Shown here: piece after piece, positions 12,301-25,137 of the stretch
Numbering within the stretch: the first letter of the stretch is position 1
Layout of the letters: each line of letters starts with the position of its first letter
Assembly: GCA_024679065.1 (NCBI GenBank)
Contig: JAGIQG010000004.1
Location: forward strand, 54,746,001 to 54,810,000
Length of the DNA stretch: 64,000 bases
From: Sphyrna mokarran
Taxonomy: Eukaryota
Reading direction: 5' to 3'
Made by a program: the position numbers and the translations under genes
The notes under the pieces: generated by a model
Databases searched by the model: none
Seen by the model: the letters and a program-made list of their open reading frames with translations, nothing else
What the model was told of the DNA's origin: nothing

Positions 12301-15300
12301 TAAGCCAATAAAAATGCTTCTATTGTTTTGTTTGAGTATTTCTCCCTCGTCAACGACGGCTGCGCGTTGCCGTCATCGTGATGGAAACACTCGGTTATGC
12401 ATCAGGGCTCGGGGGTGGGGTGGGGGTGGGGTGGGTGGGTTGGGTTAGTGGGCGTTTGCCGCGGTTCCCGCTCGGGATTCGCATGTTATTTGCGGCGGCC
12501 TCAACCATAGTCTCCATAAGCGCTTCCTCTTGTGATATCCTTAACACCTCCTTTCCATAACTTACTGGTCATAGAACTTGATAAACATTACTCATCTGTC
12601 TGAATATGTAAACATCTCATCAACATTTAATTTTTAATGTAACAACACTATAATATTCACTCAGATTCTTCCTATGTATATGTATTCTTATACAGCTCCG
12701 TTATCTTTACATCTTTATGTTGCGACTCATCCAACTTCCCCGACCTAAAGATATCCGCTTCGTCCTCCACGTGTAGTTACTTTTTCTCAACCATATGTCG
12801 AACAGTGGCCGCCATTCTCCCATCGCGACTCGCAATTTTTCTGTCACGTCGATTTGTAAGATGGATGCAACGACATTGAACAGGGGTTTGTGCATGCAGT
12901 GGCTGGAGAGCAGTCCGGTCAGACGACGCTGGGCATTTGGTTCCGGTCCTCATCGAATCTGTACATCATTCTAGTGTTGTTCAGACTAGCTCCCCACATT
13001 CGGGGAACTAGCCGGAGACCCCGCCGGAATGAAGAGGGGCAATTAGGACTCCCCCCCGCCACGGGGTCGGACGTCGGGAGATGATGCCCCTTCGGCATGG
13101 GTATCCTGGCAGTGCCAGCCTTTGCCCCCGGCACTGTCCAAGGTGCAAAAACTGCCTATACCAGAGAGCCCCTTGGCACTGCCTATTGGACATCAGTAGG
13201 GCCAAAAGGATGGAGCCTATTTTGGGCAGGGCCCAAGAGCGATCGGTGGGGATTGAATTTCCCGCTGTCACTCTGCAAACACGATAGATCTGGGATGGAG
13301 GAGGACAGCGATTGGGGCGAGCTGGGGGGTGGGGGAATGGTCTGCTGGAGAGGAGGGTATGACCATGAAGGCGGGACTGAGGTATGGGTATCACCATTGG
13401 TGGGGGGTGCTATTGGCTGTGCATCGGGGAGCTCGGAGGCATGATGTCAGGTTTGGCCAGGGAATTGATGTGGGGGCTACGATCAGGCAGTGGGGGAGGG
13501 GTTTGTGCTGGAGGGTAGCGTGGCGGGAATCCGGATTACCCAGCAAACGGGAAGTCTGACAGAGTGAGACTGCTGCGCATGCGCAGAGATCTGGAGCTGT
13601 CAGACACCGGCGAGAATAGGCTCCGCCCCTTGGGTTTTTAATAAGATTCATGACTGGGAGCTCTGCAGTTCACAGATTGCGGAGATTCAGGTGAGAAGCT
13701 GAACTGACAAAGCAGAGAGAATTTAGGACAGTTTTCCTACTAATTCAGCATTTTTGGGAGAATCATTGTTTCTGAACGTCAACATCTTTGCCGTCACCGT
13801 ATTTTCTCCTCTTGCCTCAAAATATGACTTTGTGATCGTGTTACCGCACGGTTTGGAGATTTTGCATGATATGATTCCTGCAACAGTTCAGTTGTTTGAT
13901 TTTCCTCAGCTTTTTCAACTACAGTGGGCATTGCTGTACTCCATTTATGATGTAACCAGGATAAACTGTATTCTGAAAAGATTATTTCTGTTATTCTTAT
14001 TGGCACTTCAGTTTTGTTCACTGGTCTTTCCAGCCTTAATTTAAATAATGGTGCAAAATTCTTTTCACAATGAATTCCATATGTAATCAACCTTCCCAGC
14101 AATGCTCCCTCTATACTATATCTGTCCTCATCACTTCCATTAAAGATTAATTTGTCCCCGTACCTCTTAAAACTTTAACTTATTTACATATTTCTCCTTG
14201 TATAGACGAGTAAATCTTGTTCGTATATTATTCAAGGAGATCTGGGACCCGCTTATCAACCAAAACCTGAGCATGTTTTACATTCTTTTGCCTTCAGCCA
14301 TGATTTCCTTTACCACTTTAACAAAATCCACTGGCTTATCCTATTTTATCACGTCTATCTTCCTAATGCTGTTCCTAAACCACCAACACTGACTTTGTGA
14401 ATCCAACTTTGTTGCCAGACATCTGAGGCTTTTCATTTCACTTTCATCCTCATATGTTTCCTTTATAACCTGAGGCAAACTATCTTTACCATTGCCAAAT
14501 AGATCTCTTTTGACGTTGCCACCTGAGAATTTTGATTTTTACCAGTCGTTATCCTCCACAGATTACAATTTATGTTGAAAACATAGATTCACGAAACAAT
14601 GGAAATTCGTCTCCTATTTTTGCTTCTACTTTTGCAGTTTTATACATTTTGATTTCTAACATTTCAAGTTCAATTATTTATTCTACTTGCTGATGTCCTA
14701 ATACTTTCTCTTTGTTCTATTTTTTCTTCTAGTGTCTTTTTTTCATTTTATTTTCATTTTTGTTTTGCCAGGGCTATTCACTCCTTTTCTTTGGCTTCCA
14801 TCTCTCTATTTTTTCCTCTGGAATTGTCACTCTGTCTCTATCTTTTTACTAAAATTGCTATTCGAACTGTGTCATTTCCTTCCCATGTTGTAACAATCTC
14901 AACTGTGAGTCCTTTTCAAGCTATTTCATTATAATTGAATTTTAGCCATTTCCAATGAATGCATTGCTGACACATGTAATTATTGAGCTGTCACTGAAAT
15001 TATTCTGCATTCACAGCCACTTTAAATATAGTGAATTCCAGCTGCATTGCCAATTCCACAAGTTTTGTTTTAACTGCTTTTGGTAAACCACTCGATTGAC
15101 CTCTTCCACGCCCTGGAAAACTTCAATTCATTCCTGTTTATACCCATTGCTGAAATCACCTAAAACAAACTTTTTGCCCATTTCTTCATGTAATCCTGAG
15201 AAAAACAAAGAATTATAATTTTGAATCTGAGCCACACCTCCAATTTGTTAGGGACTAGAGCAGAATCCCCAAAATATGTTATGTAGTTAAACATAAATGC

Positions 15301-15700
15301 AACTATTTTTATTTTGGCATTAATATGAGGATAAGTTGTTCAACTTCAGGGGTGATTCTAATGAGACATTAGGAATATTTAGCAAAATGAACATTATTTT
15401 AACAATACAGTTTAAATATGATAAAAGAATTAATATAATTTTTACCATTTGAATCTCTCAAACATGACAAGGTATAACGTTTAAATGCAAACCTAGCTCT
15501 ATTAGTTCCAATCTAAGCAATATTCCTCAGAATTAAACTCCTCTTCAAAATCTGTTCGCCAGAAATACAGGCTTATGTGCTGGTACATGGGCTGGCAGTT
15601 CTCAAACCTTTGAATACTTCTGGAGGTAGAGAGATAGAAAAACACCTGTCTTCTGATATTCAAACGGCAGTTTTCGTAAAGAGAGAGGGGCTTCTTTATC
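9330..15700 (-). mobile_element. Decayed Gypsy-superfamily LTR retrotransposon, Gmr1-like (gag-PR-IN-RT-RH order)
   Basis: Two diverged LTRs (~9330-9740 and ~15246-15700) sharing ttaaactcctcttcaaaa...tgtcttctga. PBS-like sequence next to 15246 and a polypurine tract at ~9735-9750. Integrase core (PILAFEEHFTRVLFDRVGLP..GN*YFLTIMDV) at ~12.1-12.25 kb; RT motifs (HPYRL, CVNYR, VMPF, MDDL) at ~10.65-11.1 kb; RNase H at ~9.9-10.3 kb. Confidence 0.8.
12806..13764. mobile_element. GC-rich non-autonomous DNA transposon (MITE-like) nested in the LTR element
   Basis: Abrupt GC-rich block bounded by short inverted termini (cattctccca at left, tgggagaatc at right). It interrupts AT-rich gag/pol remnants. 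Confidence 0.6.
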
Positions 15701-15729
15701 ATTATTCTTTGTTCATTCATGGGACATTG

Positions 15730-16050
15730 TATCACTGGTTGGCTAGAATTTATGGCCTTGCTCAGAGGGAGTTGAGCATCAATAACATTGCTGTGGATCT
15801 GGAGTCACATGGAGACCAAGCCAGATAAGGATGGCAAATTTCTTCCCCTAAAGATGTTTAGTGAACAAGATGTTTCTTTTCCCCTCAACAATTGACAATA
15901 GTTTCACAGTCATTAACAGAATCTCAATTCCAGATATTTTTTATTAAATTAAAATTTCACCTGCTACATTGGTATTCAAACTCAAGCTTGCAGAATTTTA
16001 ACTGAGTTTCTGGATTAATATTTTACTGATATTGTCACCAGGCCATCACT
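15730..16050 (-). mobile_element. tRNA-derived SINE, family A
   Basis: Reverse complement of the family-A core (tggatctggagtcacatg..ccagataaggatggcaaatt). Confidence 0.7.
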
Positions 16051-17869
16051 TGCTTCTTTCACGTCGAGAAAGAATCCACCTGTTTTGCTCTGTAAACTCG
16101 GCTCCTCCCCTTCACGTGCCTTTATCTCTGTCACTCAACCTAGCAATTCCTATCCTGAAGCCCAGGGGAAGAAAAACATGAACAAAAATTCATTAGTTCG
16201 GATTAAAACAAATGTCCCATTATTTCGGATCAATTATTCTCCTCCATTCTCAACATGGACCAGCTTGGTATGATGACAGATCAGCACTGGTAATGCGGAA
16301 TTGGATTTTAAGCATACCATTCACAAGAAGAATGCTACAAATACCTTTTTTAAAGGAACAGTATGATTACGGCTTTGTGCCCAAGTTGACTCCATAGAAA
16401 AACACGTCAGCTAGTCCATGAATTTTGTGCATTATTTGAACACAAATGTTACTCCTGTTCATTTGAGAATTTAGCCATTTAGGCAACATGAAACAGGTTT
16501 GTAAAATAACCTGGGAAATTTTTAATAAGTTGTAGATATGCAATTATTAAAGATAAGGTAGGATCTGACTACCAACTACTATGTTTCTTAACTTTTGGAT
16601 CAGCCTTGGGTGCAGGTTGATTCTAATAGCACCACGCATTCCATATAGAATGTTAGTGTGTGGAGATTGCACGTAGCATGTGTGTCGGGACAACGCAGAA
16701 GTCCTGATGTCTGGCCACGTAAATGACCAAAAATGTACAACCAGTATTAACACCTCATTATTTGTCCCCCTCCAGAGTTAGTGAGCAGAGGCAGGAGACA
16801 TATGTGAGAGGATTGGTTTGGAGGGCTAATCTTTTAATGTTTAGAAACCACATAGGATAAATGAAAGATATAAGTTACACATCTTAAAAGTTTAGTTTGA
16901 CCTATGGTTGGTAGGAACTGTAATGGATAGAGTGGGCTTGAAGTACATGAAATATGTTTTAGCTAAAGTGCATTTTGCTGTGCTTTTTTTTGCTGTTTTG
17001 TTTGAAGTCTTCCTGATGTAATATTGGTCCTTACAAACTTCACTGATTATTTTCAGATAATGTAAGAAAGTTTACTACCATAGGTGATGTATTCAAGCAT
17101 TCTGGAAAGTAATATGAACTCTGTCTCTGACAGGTATCGCAGAATCCAATGTAGGTTGAATACCTGCAAGTCATGTTCCACCAATGTTGGCACATCACAA
17201 TTTAAACTTGGCTTCTTAAAATCAATGAATTCTTTTGAGGGTTTGACGTAGACACAGAGATCGCTAGAGAAGAGTTAGTCTACCTGTAAAATGTATAATT
17301 CATAGATCCAAACCCTCTTCCTTCACACTCCCTTCACCTCCTCTTCCTTCCCCTTCCCTAATTTTCCTCATCTTCCTTCACCTTTGTTCCACTTATCTCA
17401 TTTCCACTCCCCTTCTTTCCTGTCTCCTCTCCTCTCTTCTTTATTTCCCTCCCTTATTTTTGCGTTTACAGAAAGACGACAGAACAATTGTGTTAAAGTA
17501 AAAAGACTTGTTTCATTGGTCATGTTAAAGTGAGCAATATTTGTTGAAGTGAAATATTTGGAAAATTTGAGCTAATTAAACGGAATGTTAACTGCAACTG
17601 TTAAGGTTAGATGTTTAGTTAAATGGTAACATTGTATCAAAGTTGGTATTGATAACATCATTTTTGTTAATGAATGCTTTCCATAAAACTTTATAAAATT
17701 CCACAGATGCCTTATTGAAACATCAAAATACAAACTTAACATAGAATTCTATAGGTGTTTTCTTGAAATATCAAAACACATTTAATTATGACATAATTGT
17801 AAATAAGTAACATAATTGAGATAGAAAAATCAGAAGAATGCCAATGATGATCACATGGTGATTTTAAAA

Positions 17870-18370
17870 ATCAATGAATAGTACGGCACAGGAACAAGTC
17901 CTCCAGTCCGCCAAGCCTGCCCCGACATGATAGCTTTCTAAACTAAAGACCTTTTGTCTATATGTGGTGTGTACCCCTCTATTCGTTACTTATTAATGCA
18001 TTTGTCAAAATGCCTCTTAAATATTGCTTTTTTTCAGCCACTACCATCTTCTCTGGCAGCACATTTAAGTCAGTTACTACTCTCTGTGTAAAAAAAACCC
18101 TTCTCGTATCTACTTAAAATTTCCCCCTTTTACCTGAAAACTATACCTACTTGTAATTTAAACCGCTACTGTAGGAACAAGACAATGACTATCCACTTTG
18201 TCCATGCCTCTCAATATTTTGCAAACTAGTATCAGATGCCACTCCCCCCCCCCCCCCCCACCCCTCCCCGCCTTCGAAGTTCAAGTGGGAAAAAAACCAA
18301 GTTACTCCAGTGTCTCATCCTATCTAATATCCTCCAAACGGGGAAATATACTGCAAAACGTTTCTGCACA
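17870..18370 (-). mobile_element. Old CR1-type LINE 3' fragment
   Basis: Antisense to the RT C-terminus (ORF 18232..18435: FFPLELRRRG) followed by a CR1-like tail. Confidence 0.7.
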
Positions 18371-18371
18371 T

Positions 18372-18564
18372 TAGAATCATAGAACTCTATAGTGCAGAAA
18401 GAGGTTCTTCGGTCCATCCAGTTTGCACCGAACACAATCCTACCCAGGCCCTATCCCTACATCCCTACATATTATACTCACGAATCCCTGTAACCTGCGC
18501 ATCCCAGGACACTAAGGGACAATTTGATAGCACGGCTAATCAACCTAACCCCCACATCTTTGGA
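18372..18564 (-). mobile_element. HE1/V-SINE-like SINE 3' portion
   Basis: catagaa..tagtgcagaaagagg..cacatctttgga matches the 3' halves of the copies at 47680 and 56180. Confidence 0.7.
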
Positions 18565-18565
18565 T

Positions 18566-21500
18566 AGAACATAGAACATCACAGCGCAAAACAGGCTCTT
18601 CGGCCTTCGATGTTGCGCCGGCCAATTAAGAAAAAGCAATGGCCCTCTAACCTAAACCATTCCCTTTTCGATCATAAACTTATCTACTAACCTCTTAAAC
18701 GCCACCAAACTTGGCGCATCTACAACTGCAGCAAGCAGGGCATTCCATACCCTTACCACCCTCTGGGTAAAGAACCTACCTCTGACATCCGTCCTATAAC
18801 TACCACCCCTTAATTTAAAGCTATGTACCCTCGTGCTAGCTTTCTCCATCCTAGGAAAAAGGCTATCACTGTCCACCCTATCTAAACCTCTAATCATCTT
18901 ATATGTTTCAATAGGTCTCCTCTTAGCCGCCTTCTTTCTAACGAAAACAACCTCAAATCCCTCAGCCTCTCTTCATAAGACCTGCCCTCCATACCAGGCA
19001 ACATCCTGGTAAACCTCCTCTGTACCCTCTCCAATGCCTCCACAACTTTCTTATAATGCGGGGACCAGAACTGTACACAATACTCCAAGTGCAGCCGCAC
19101 TAGACTTTTGTACAGTTGCAACATGATGTTGTGGCTCCGAAATTCAATCCCTCTACCAATAAAAGCAAAGACTCCGTATGCCTTCTTAACAACCTTATCG
19201 ACTTGACTGCCAACTTTCAGGGATCTATGCACATATACACCAAGATCCCTCTGTTCTTCAACACTATTAAGAGTCCTACCATTAGCCTATACTCTACACA
19301 TTTGTTATTCCTGCCAAAGTGAATTACCTCACACTTTTCTGCATTAAACTCCATTTGCCACCTCTCGGCCCAGCTCTGCAACTTGTCCAAGTCTCTGCAA
19401 ACTATAACATCCCTCTTCACTATCTACCACTCCTCCGACTTTGGTGTCATCCGCAAATTTACTAATCCATCCTTCAATACCCTCATCCAGATCATTTATA
19501 AAAATTACAAACAGCAGGGCCCCAAAACAGATCCCTGAGGTACACCACTTGTAACCGAACTCCACGATGAATAACTTCCATCAACCACCACCCTCTGTCT
19601 TCTATCAACTAGCCAATTCCTAATCCAATTAGCTAAATCACCCTCAATCCCATACATCTGCATTTTCTGCCGAAGCCTTCCATGGGCCACCTTATCGAAC
19701 GCCTTACTAAAGTCCATATATACCACATCAACTGCCTTACCCCCATCCACCTCTTTGGTCACTTTTTCAAAAAACTCCATAAGGTTAGTAAGGCACGACC
19801 TACCCTTCACAAAACCATGCTGACTATCCCCAATCAATTCATTTCTCTCTAAATAGCTATAAATCCTATCCCTAATAATTCTCTCCAATACTTTGCCCAC
19901 AACAGAAGTAAGACTCACTGGCCTATAATTCCCTGGAAGGTCTCTCTTCCCCTTCTTGAACAATGGGACCACATTCGCTATCCTCCAGTCCTCCGGAACC
20001 ACACCCGTAACCAACGACAACTTGAAGATCAGAGCCAGAGGCTCTGCAATCTCCTCTCTTGCCTCCCAGAGAATCCTAGGGTAAATCCCGTCCCGCCCAG
20101 GGGACTTATCCAACTTCAAACCCTCGAGAATATCTAGCACATCCTCCCTATCTACTTCGATACCTTCCAGTTTGCTACCCTGTACCTCAGTGTTCTCCAT
20201 AACTACATTTACATCACCCTGCGTGAATACCAAAGAGAAATATTTATTCAGTGCCTCTCTAATCTCTTCAGGCTCCACGCACAACTTCCCACTGCTGTCT
20301 CTGACTGGCCCTAATCTTGCCCTAACCAATCTTCTATTCTTAACATATCTAAAGAAAGCTTTAGGATTCTCCTTGATCCTATCAGCCAAAGTCTTCTCGT
20401 GTCCCCTTTTAGCTCTTCTCAACTCACTCTTCAGCTCCCTCCTGGCTAATCTATAGTTATCTAGTGCACTAACTGAGCCTCCAAGCCTCATCCCGACATA
20501 AGCCTCATTTTTCCTTTTAACCAGCGAATTAACTTTTTTAGTACACCATGGTTCCCTTACTCGACCATTTCCTCCTTGCCTGACAGGGACATACTTATAA
20601 AGGACTCGCAGTAGCTGCTCCTTGAATAAGCTCCACATTTCAGATGTTCCCAGTCCCTGTAGTTTCCTAGTCCAACCTATGCACCCTAATTCCCTCCTTA
20701 TGGCCTCATAATTACCATTCCCCCAGCTATAACTACTGCCCCCAGGTTCATGCCTATCCCTATCCATCACTAAGGTGAACGTAACCGAATTGTGGTCACT
20801 GTCACCAAAATGTTCACCAACTTCCAAGTCTAACACCTGGTCTGGCTCATTGCCCAACACCAAATCCAATGTAGCCTCACCTCTAGTTGGCCTATCTACA
20901 TACTGAGTCAAAAAACCTTACTGCACACTTTGTACAAAAACTGACCCCTCTAACGAGCTAGAGCTATAGCTATTCCAATCAATATTAGTAAAGTTAAAGT
21001 CCCCATAACAATTACCCTATTACTTTCACTCCTGTCCAGGATCGACTTTGCAATCCTTTCCTCTACCTCTCTAGAACTTTTAGGCGGTCTATAAAAGACT
21101 CCCAACAGGGTGACCTCTCCTCTCCTATTTCTAATCTCAGCCCATACTACCTCAACAGACAAGTCCTCATCAAACTTCCTTTCTGTCACTGTGATACAGT
21201 CTTTGACTAATAATGCCACTCCTCCCCACCTTCTACTTCCTTCTCTACTCCGACTGAAGCATTTGAACCCCGAAACCTGCAACAACCATTCCTGTCCCTG
21301 ATCTATTCATGTCTCTGAAATGGCCACAACATCGAAGTTCCAGGTACTGATCCAAGCTGCAAGTTCCTCCACCTTATTGCGAATACTTCTTGCATTAAAG
21401 TATACGCATTTCCAACAATGCCCTCCTCCACCCGTATGCTGCTGTGCTTTACAGTTCTCATCTATGACCCCCCTATTCTCGTCCCTCTTAACATCCAAAC

Positions 21501-22459
21501 TACTCAGGATCCCACCCCCTCTCTTAATCAGTTTAAACCCCCCTGCATAGCCTTTGCAAATTTTCCCCCCAAGATATTGGTTCCCCTCTGGTTCAGATGT
21601 AGACCATCTCTCTTGTAGAGGCCCCAGCTACCCCAGAATGAGCCCCAATTGTTCAAGAACCTGAACCCCTCCCTCCTGCACCGTCCCCGCAGCAACAAGT
21701 TCAAACATTCCCTCTCTCTGTTCTTTAAACTATCCCGTGGCACAGGCAAGAGTCCAGAGATAACCACTCTGTCTGTTTTGGCCCTAAGCTTCCACCCCAA
21801 CTCCACAAATTTCTGTTTAATATCCCCTTCCCTTGTCCTACCTACATCATGTGTCCCTACGTGAACTATGACTTGGGGCTGACTCCCCTCTCCCTTAAGA
21901 ATCTTGAAAACCCACTCTGAGACACCCTGGACCCCGGCCCCTTGGAAGCAACACACCAGCCCCGAGTCCCGTTTATTACTATTTACTCTCCTATCTGTCC
22001 CCCTAACTATGGAGTCTCCAATTACCAGGCCTCTCTGTACCAATTTATAGAGTCAGAGAGAAAAACTACAACTACCGGTAAGCCTCCTTATGACGACTTC
22101 CCGTTTCTACTTAGTTTAAAAAACGGCAAAAAAACTACCACGCTCGCTACTTTAACCAAAAAGAAAATGTTAAAAATTACCTTAAACTCGAATTTTACAC
22201 TCGCCCAAATCGCTGCCTCTCCGTGCTGCTCCACAGGAACAATGAGGCCGATACGCAGAGGTTAGTACTAAAATAGCTTAAAAACTACAACTACCGGTAA
22301 GCCTCCTTATGACGACTTCCGGTTTCCAGTTAGTTTAAAAAAAGGTAAAAATTACCACCACTCGCTACTTTAACCAAAAAGAAAATGTTAAAAATTATCT
22401 TAAACTCGAACTTTACACTCGCCCAAATCGCTGCCTCTTCGTGCTGCTCCACAGGAACA
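18566..22459 (-). mobile_element. Young, near full-length CR1-type LINE: SGNH-esterase ORF1 remnant and ORF2 (APE endonuclease + RT) broken by a few indels and a stop
   Basis: ORF 21528..22043 (VIGDSIVR..VHVGTHD..DGLHLN) is an SGNH hydrolase. ORFs 21307..21498 and 20950..21285 give endonuclease motifs (YFNARSI, AISET, GVFYRPP). ORF 19505..20911 and the downstream pieces give RT (SQHGF, DFSKAFDKV, GVPQGSVLGP, FADDTK). Tail is (tagaaca)n at ~18566. Confidence 0.95.
22061..22459. repeat. Tandem ~180-bp direct duplication at the LINE 5' end (22061-22241 and 22280-22459)
   Basis: aaaactacaactaccggtaagcctccttatgacgacttcc...gtgctgctccacaggaaca occurs twice with few differences. Confidence 0.9.
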
Positions 22460-23619
22460 CAGGACGTTCTCATGGACGTTCTCAATCTGACTCGTCGGTC
22501 GGGGCTTAGTTGCTCTCCTCTTGCACTGCACTATTGCTGTAGAATGAAGGCTACCGCAGAAAACTGAAGTTTCGGGATTTTTCAACGCATATCAGTAAAT
22601 TGGTAGGGAATTCCTGCCGGCCCTTGGCAAGACAGAAGGGTGTCTATCCTTTCTCTCCGTAACTTCTGTTTATCTCTGGATTGCAGTCACTTGCTGCTGA
22701 ACTTGCTTAGTGAAAATGTCTGCTTTCCAAGTAATTTCAGGCCGTAACCCACAGCGGGATCAATGATGTTATTGAATTGGCATTACTGAGGCGAACTTCA
22801 TTCTTAGTTCATTAAAGGGGGTAATCAATTCTTTGTTTTAAGTGGGCATGGTTAGTTTTAAATTAGTTTCTCGAGTGTGATGGTCATCTATTGATATAAT
22901 GTCTCATTTTTCCTTGGCTGGCCTTCCAAGTTGTCAATTACTTGTCGGACTCTCTACCTCATTAAAGTTTCCTCGTTACTATAATTCTTGTGAAGACAAA
23001 ATAATGCTTCGTTATATTTTCATCGTCCATAATGGGGAACATTTTATGTAATGGAAAATGATTAGGAAAAATAACAGTTCAGGCTCTGAGGGGGTGAAAA
23101 GGCTAATAAAAGCAAGAATTGAAAAACGGTCAAAGGATGGAGGTTACCGATGGCTTTGAGACCTAGAGGAAGGAGTTACCTGTAAACGGAGTTGGTAAGT
23201 TTATTTAGATAAATGCCCGATAAAGGACACCCTGGTCAAAGTTCAATGGCACGCTACTCTTTGCGCCATTCTATTGAATCCTTTGTATATTTGTTGTTAC
23301 CCACCCATTCTCCTTGATACGGGATATAACGGCAAGTGTTCATGCTTGCAATTATAGAGATTTAATGAGATATCTGGTGCTGAGAAACTTCAACTTACTC
23401 ACGCCATAGTATTCCATCCTATCATAGAACTTCCTTTTCATCCATCCTTCTACATATTTAAATATTTTAGCATTTATTGCATTTCTACAGAATGCAAGTA
23501 CTGCTGATGCCGGAAATCTGAAATAAAAGTAAAACATGTTAGAGCTACCAATAGACCTGGCAGGTTCCTTGGCGAGAAAAATAGAGTTAATCGTTCAGAT
23601 CAAAAACTATTTACTAACC

Positions 23620-24340
23620 ATCGATTGCATCCCTTCCTTGGCAATTTCTGGGGAGAATCAAGATGTTTGCAATATTTATGTTATGTTTGACTCTTAGATG
23701 ATATTCTGACCATATATTTGCAACTGCACGAAATGTTATTACTTCTATCTTTGCAATATAGCAAATCCGTCCTGATCTAATACAATCTGTCCCTGCAAAA
23801 CTCGCCCATTTGTTGGCAACATTCAAGTTTTACTCTTCTTATTTACTTCTGGCCAGCCGCACACACTGAAGGCTCTGTAAACATATAGTTATCTAACAGT
23901 TTCCTGGCAATTCCCCAAATCTCATCAAATCTTTTCATCCATCATGTGTTCGCTGATCTGCATTTGCTTTCAATTAAGCAATGCCATTTAAAATACTTAC
24001 CCTTCTTATTTACACAACCTCCTTCCAATGCCTGTGATGTTCTCTAGCCGTAATGCCGTCGGCTGCACCGCACTCTCCAAATTACGGCTCTTTGAGGATT
24101 CTAAATCTCCATTACTCCGCCATTGACGGCCTATCCGCCGCTTTCAAAGCACCACGCTTTGTATTGCACTACCAAAACTTTAACCTCCCTGCCTTTTCCC
24201 TCTTCTGATGAACACTTTAACATTTCCCTATTTAATCAAGTTTTACCGCCCAGGATACCTCATTGTGCGATTAAGTATCTTTTTTTACATTGTCATGGCG
24301 CTTTTAAACATTTCATTGTTTCACAGGCGCGAAATAAAAC
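23620..24340 (+). mobile_element. Old L2-like LINE 3' remnant just upstream of gene A
   Basis: tgtgttcgctgatctgcatttgctttcaattaagcaatgccatttaaaatactt resembles the conserved L2 'L..LHWLP....I.FKI' region. Confidence 0.5.
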
Positions 24341-24448
24341 AAAATGATGGTGTAAACTATTCTTCATCTTTTTTTTGCTGCTCCTGCTACAAGTGATTCC
24401 AAAAGTTGCCGAAGAGCAAAATGATTACTAATAAAATGTATTTTCTTA

Positions 24449-24517
24449 CCAATGGACATAGGATGTCAAACGTCACTGCTCTAGTCTCAGAGTCAATATT
24501 CAGCAGACAATTTGCAT
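24449..24517 (+). promoter_or_regulatory. Candidate promoter of gene A: CCAAT (24449), CRE half-site ACGTCA (24470-24475), perfect octamer ATTTGCAT (24510-24517)
   Basis: Motifs read directly within 125 bp upstream of ATG 24571. Function is inferred. Confidence 0.4.
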
Positions 24518-24570
24518 AGTGGCAAACATACGGTCAGCACCGCCAGACATCAGTTGAGCTTTATCTTGCA

Positions 24571-24631
24571 ATGTTGCCAAATTTGATCTTTCTCTTCATG
24601 TTCCTGTCACTCCTGATGATCATTTTAACAG
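24571..24631 (+). CDS. VJ-C1 IgSF receptor gene A, exon 1 (signal peptide MLPNLIFLFMFLSLLMIILT)
   Basis: ATG, 20 hydrophobic codons and a phase-1 donor G|GTATTG, in frame with exon 2. Confidence 0.85.
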
Positions 24632-24816
24632 GTATTGGGATATTCTCTATCCCAAATAAACCATTTTTCCACAGTTCTCACGTCAGTTGTATTAAATGTA
24701 ATTCTATGGCTGTAATCGTTTTTTATTGCATTTCCGTGCAGAAATGTGTACCAAAGTCTCTGGTTTCACATTGAACACAGTCAATTAATATAAACCTTAA
24801 ATATATTTTCTAACAG

Positions 24817-25137
24817 GTGCTCTAGGAGCTTCAATCAGTGTGTCTCAAAGTCCTGAACAGGTAACTATATTAAGGGGGGCAAATATCACCTTCTACTGCA
24901 TAATCCCCCTTTCTCATGACAATGTGGATATCGAGGTACTTTGGTGGAAACAGGGAGAAAATAAATATATGACAAAAGGAACCGATGACAGAAAACGATT
25001 CGATTTCAAAAGTAAAGGAGGTGGTTCATTTGAGCTGCGAAACTCCACTCTCCAGGACTCAGGGATCTATCACTGCGCAGTGATCCATCAGGGAAAAAAT
25101 GTTGGAAATGGAACAGGATCAAATTTAGTTGTCTGCG
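24817..25137 (+). CDS. Gene A exon 2: V-set Ig domain with germline-joined J-like G strand
   Basis: Acceptor ttttctaacag|, donor G|GTAAGT. Reads VSQSPE..ITFYC..WWKQ..LQDSGIYHC..GNGTGSNLVV, with the canonical Cys, Trp, DxGxYxC and GxG motifs. Confidence 0.93.

Noticed and set aside
12890-13651. Many overlapping GC-rich ORFs
   Set aside because: They fall inside a MITE-like insertion. High GC explains the lack of stops, and there are no domain motifs.
20172-21864. Plus-strand ORFs over the LINE (also 46083-47205)
   Set aside because: Antisense shadows of CR1 ORF1/ORF2.
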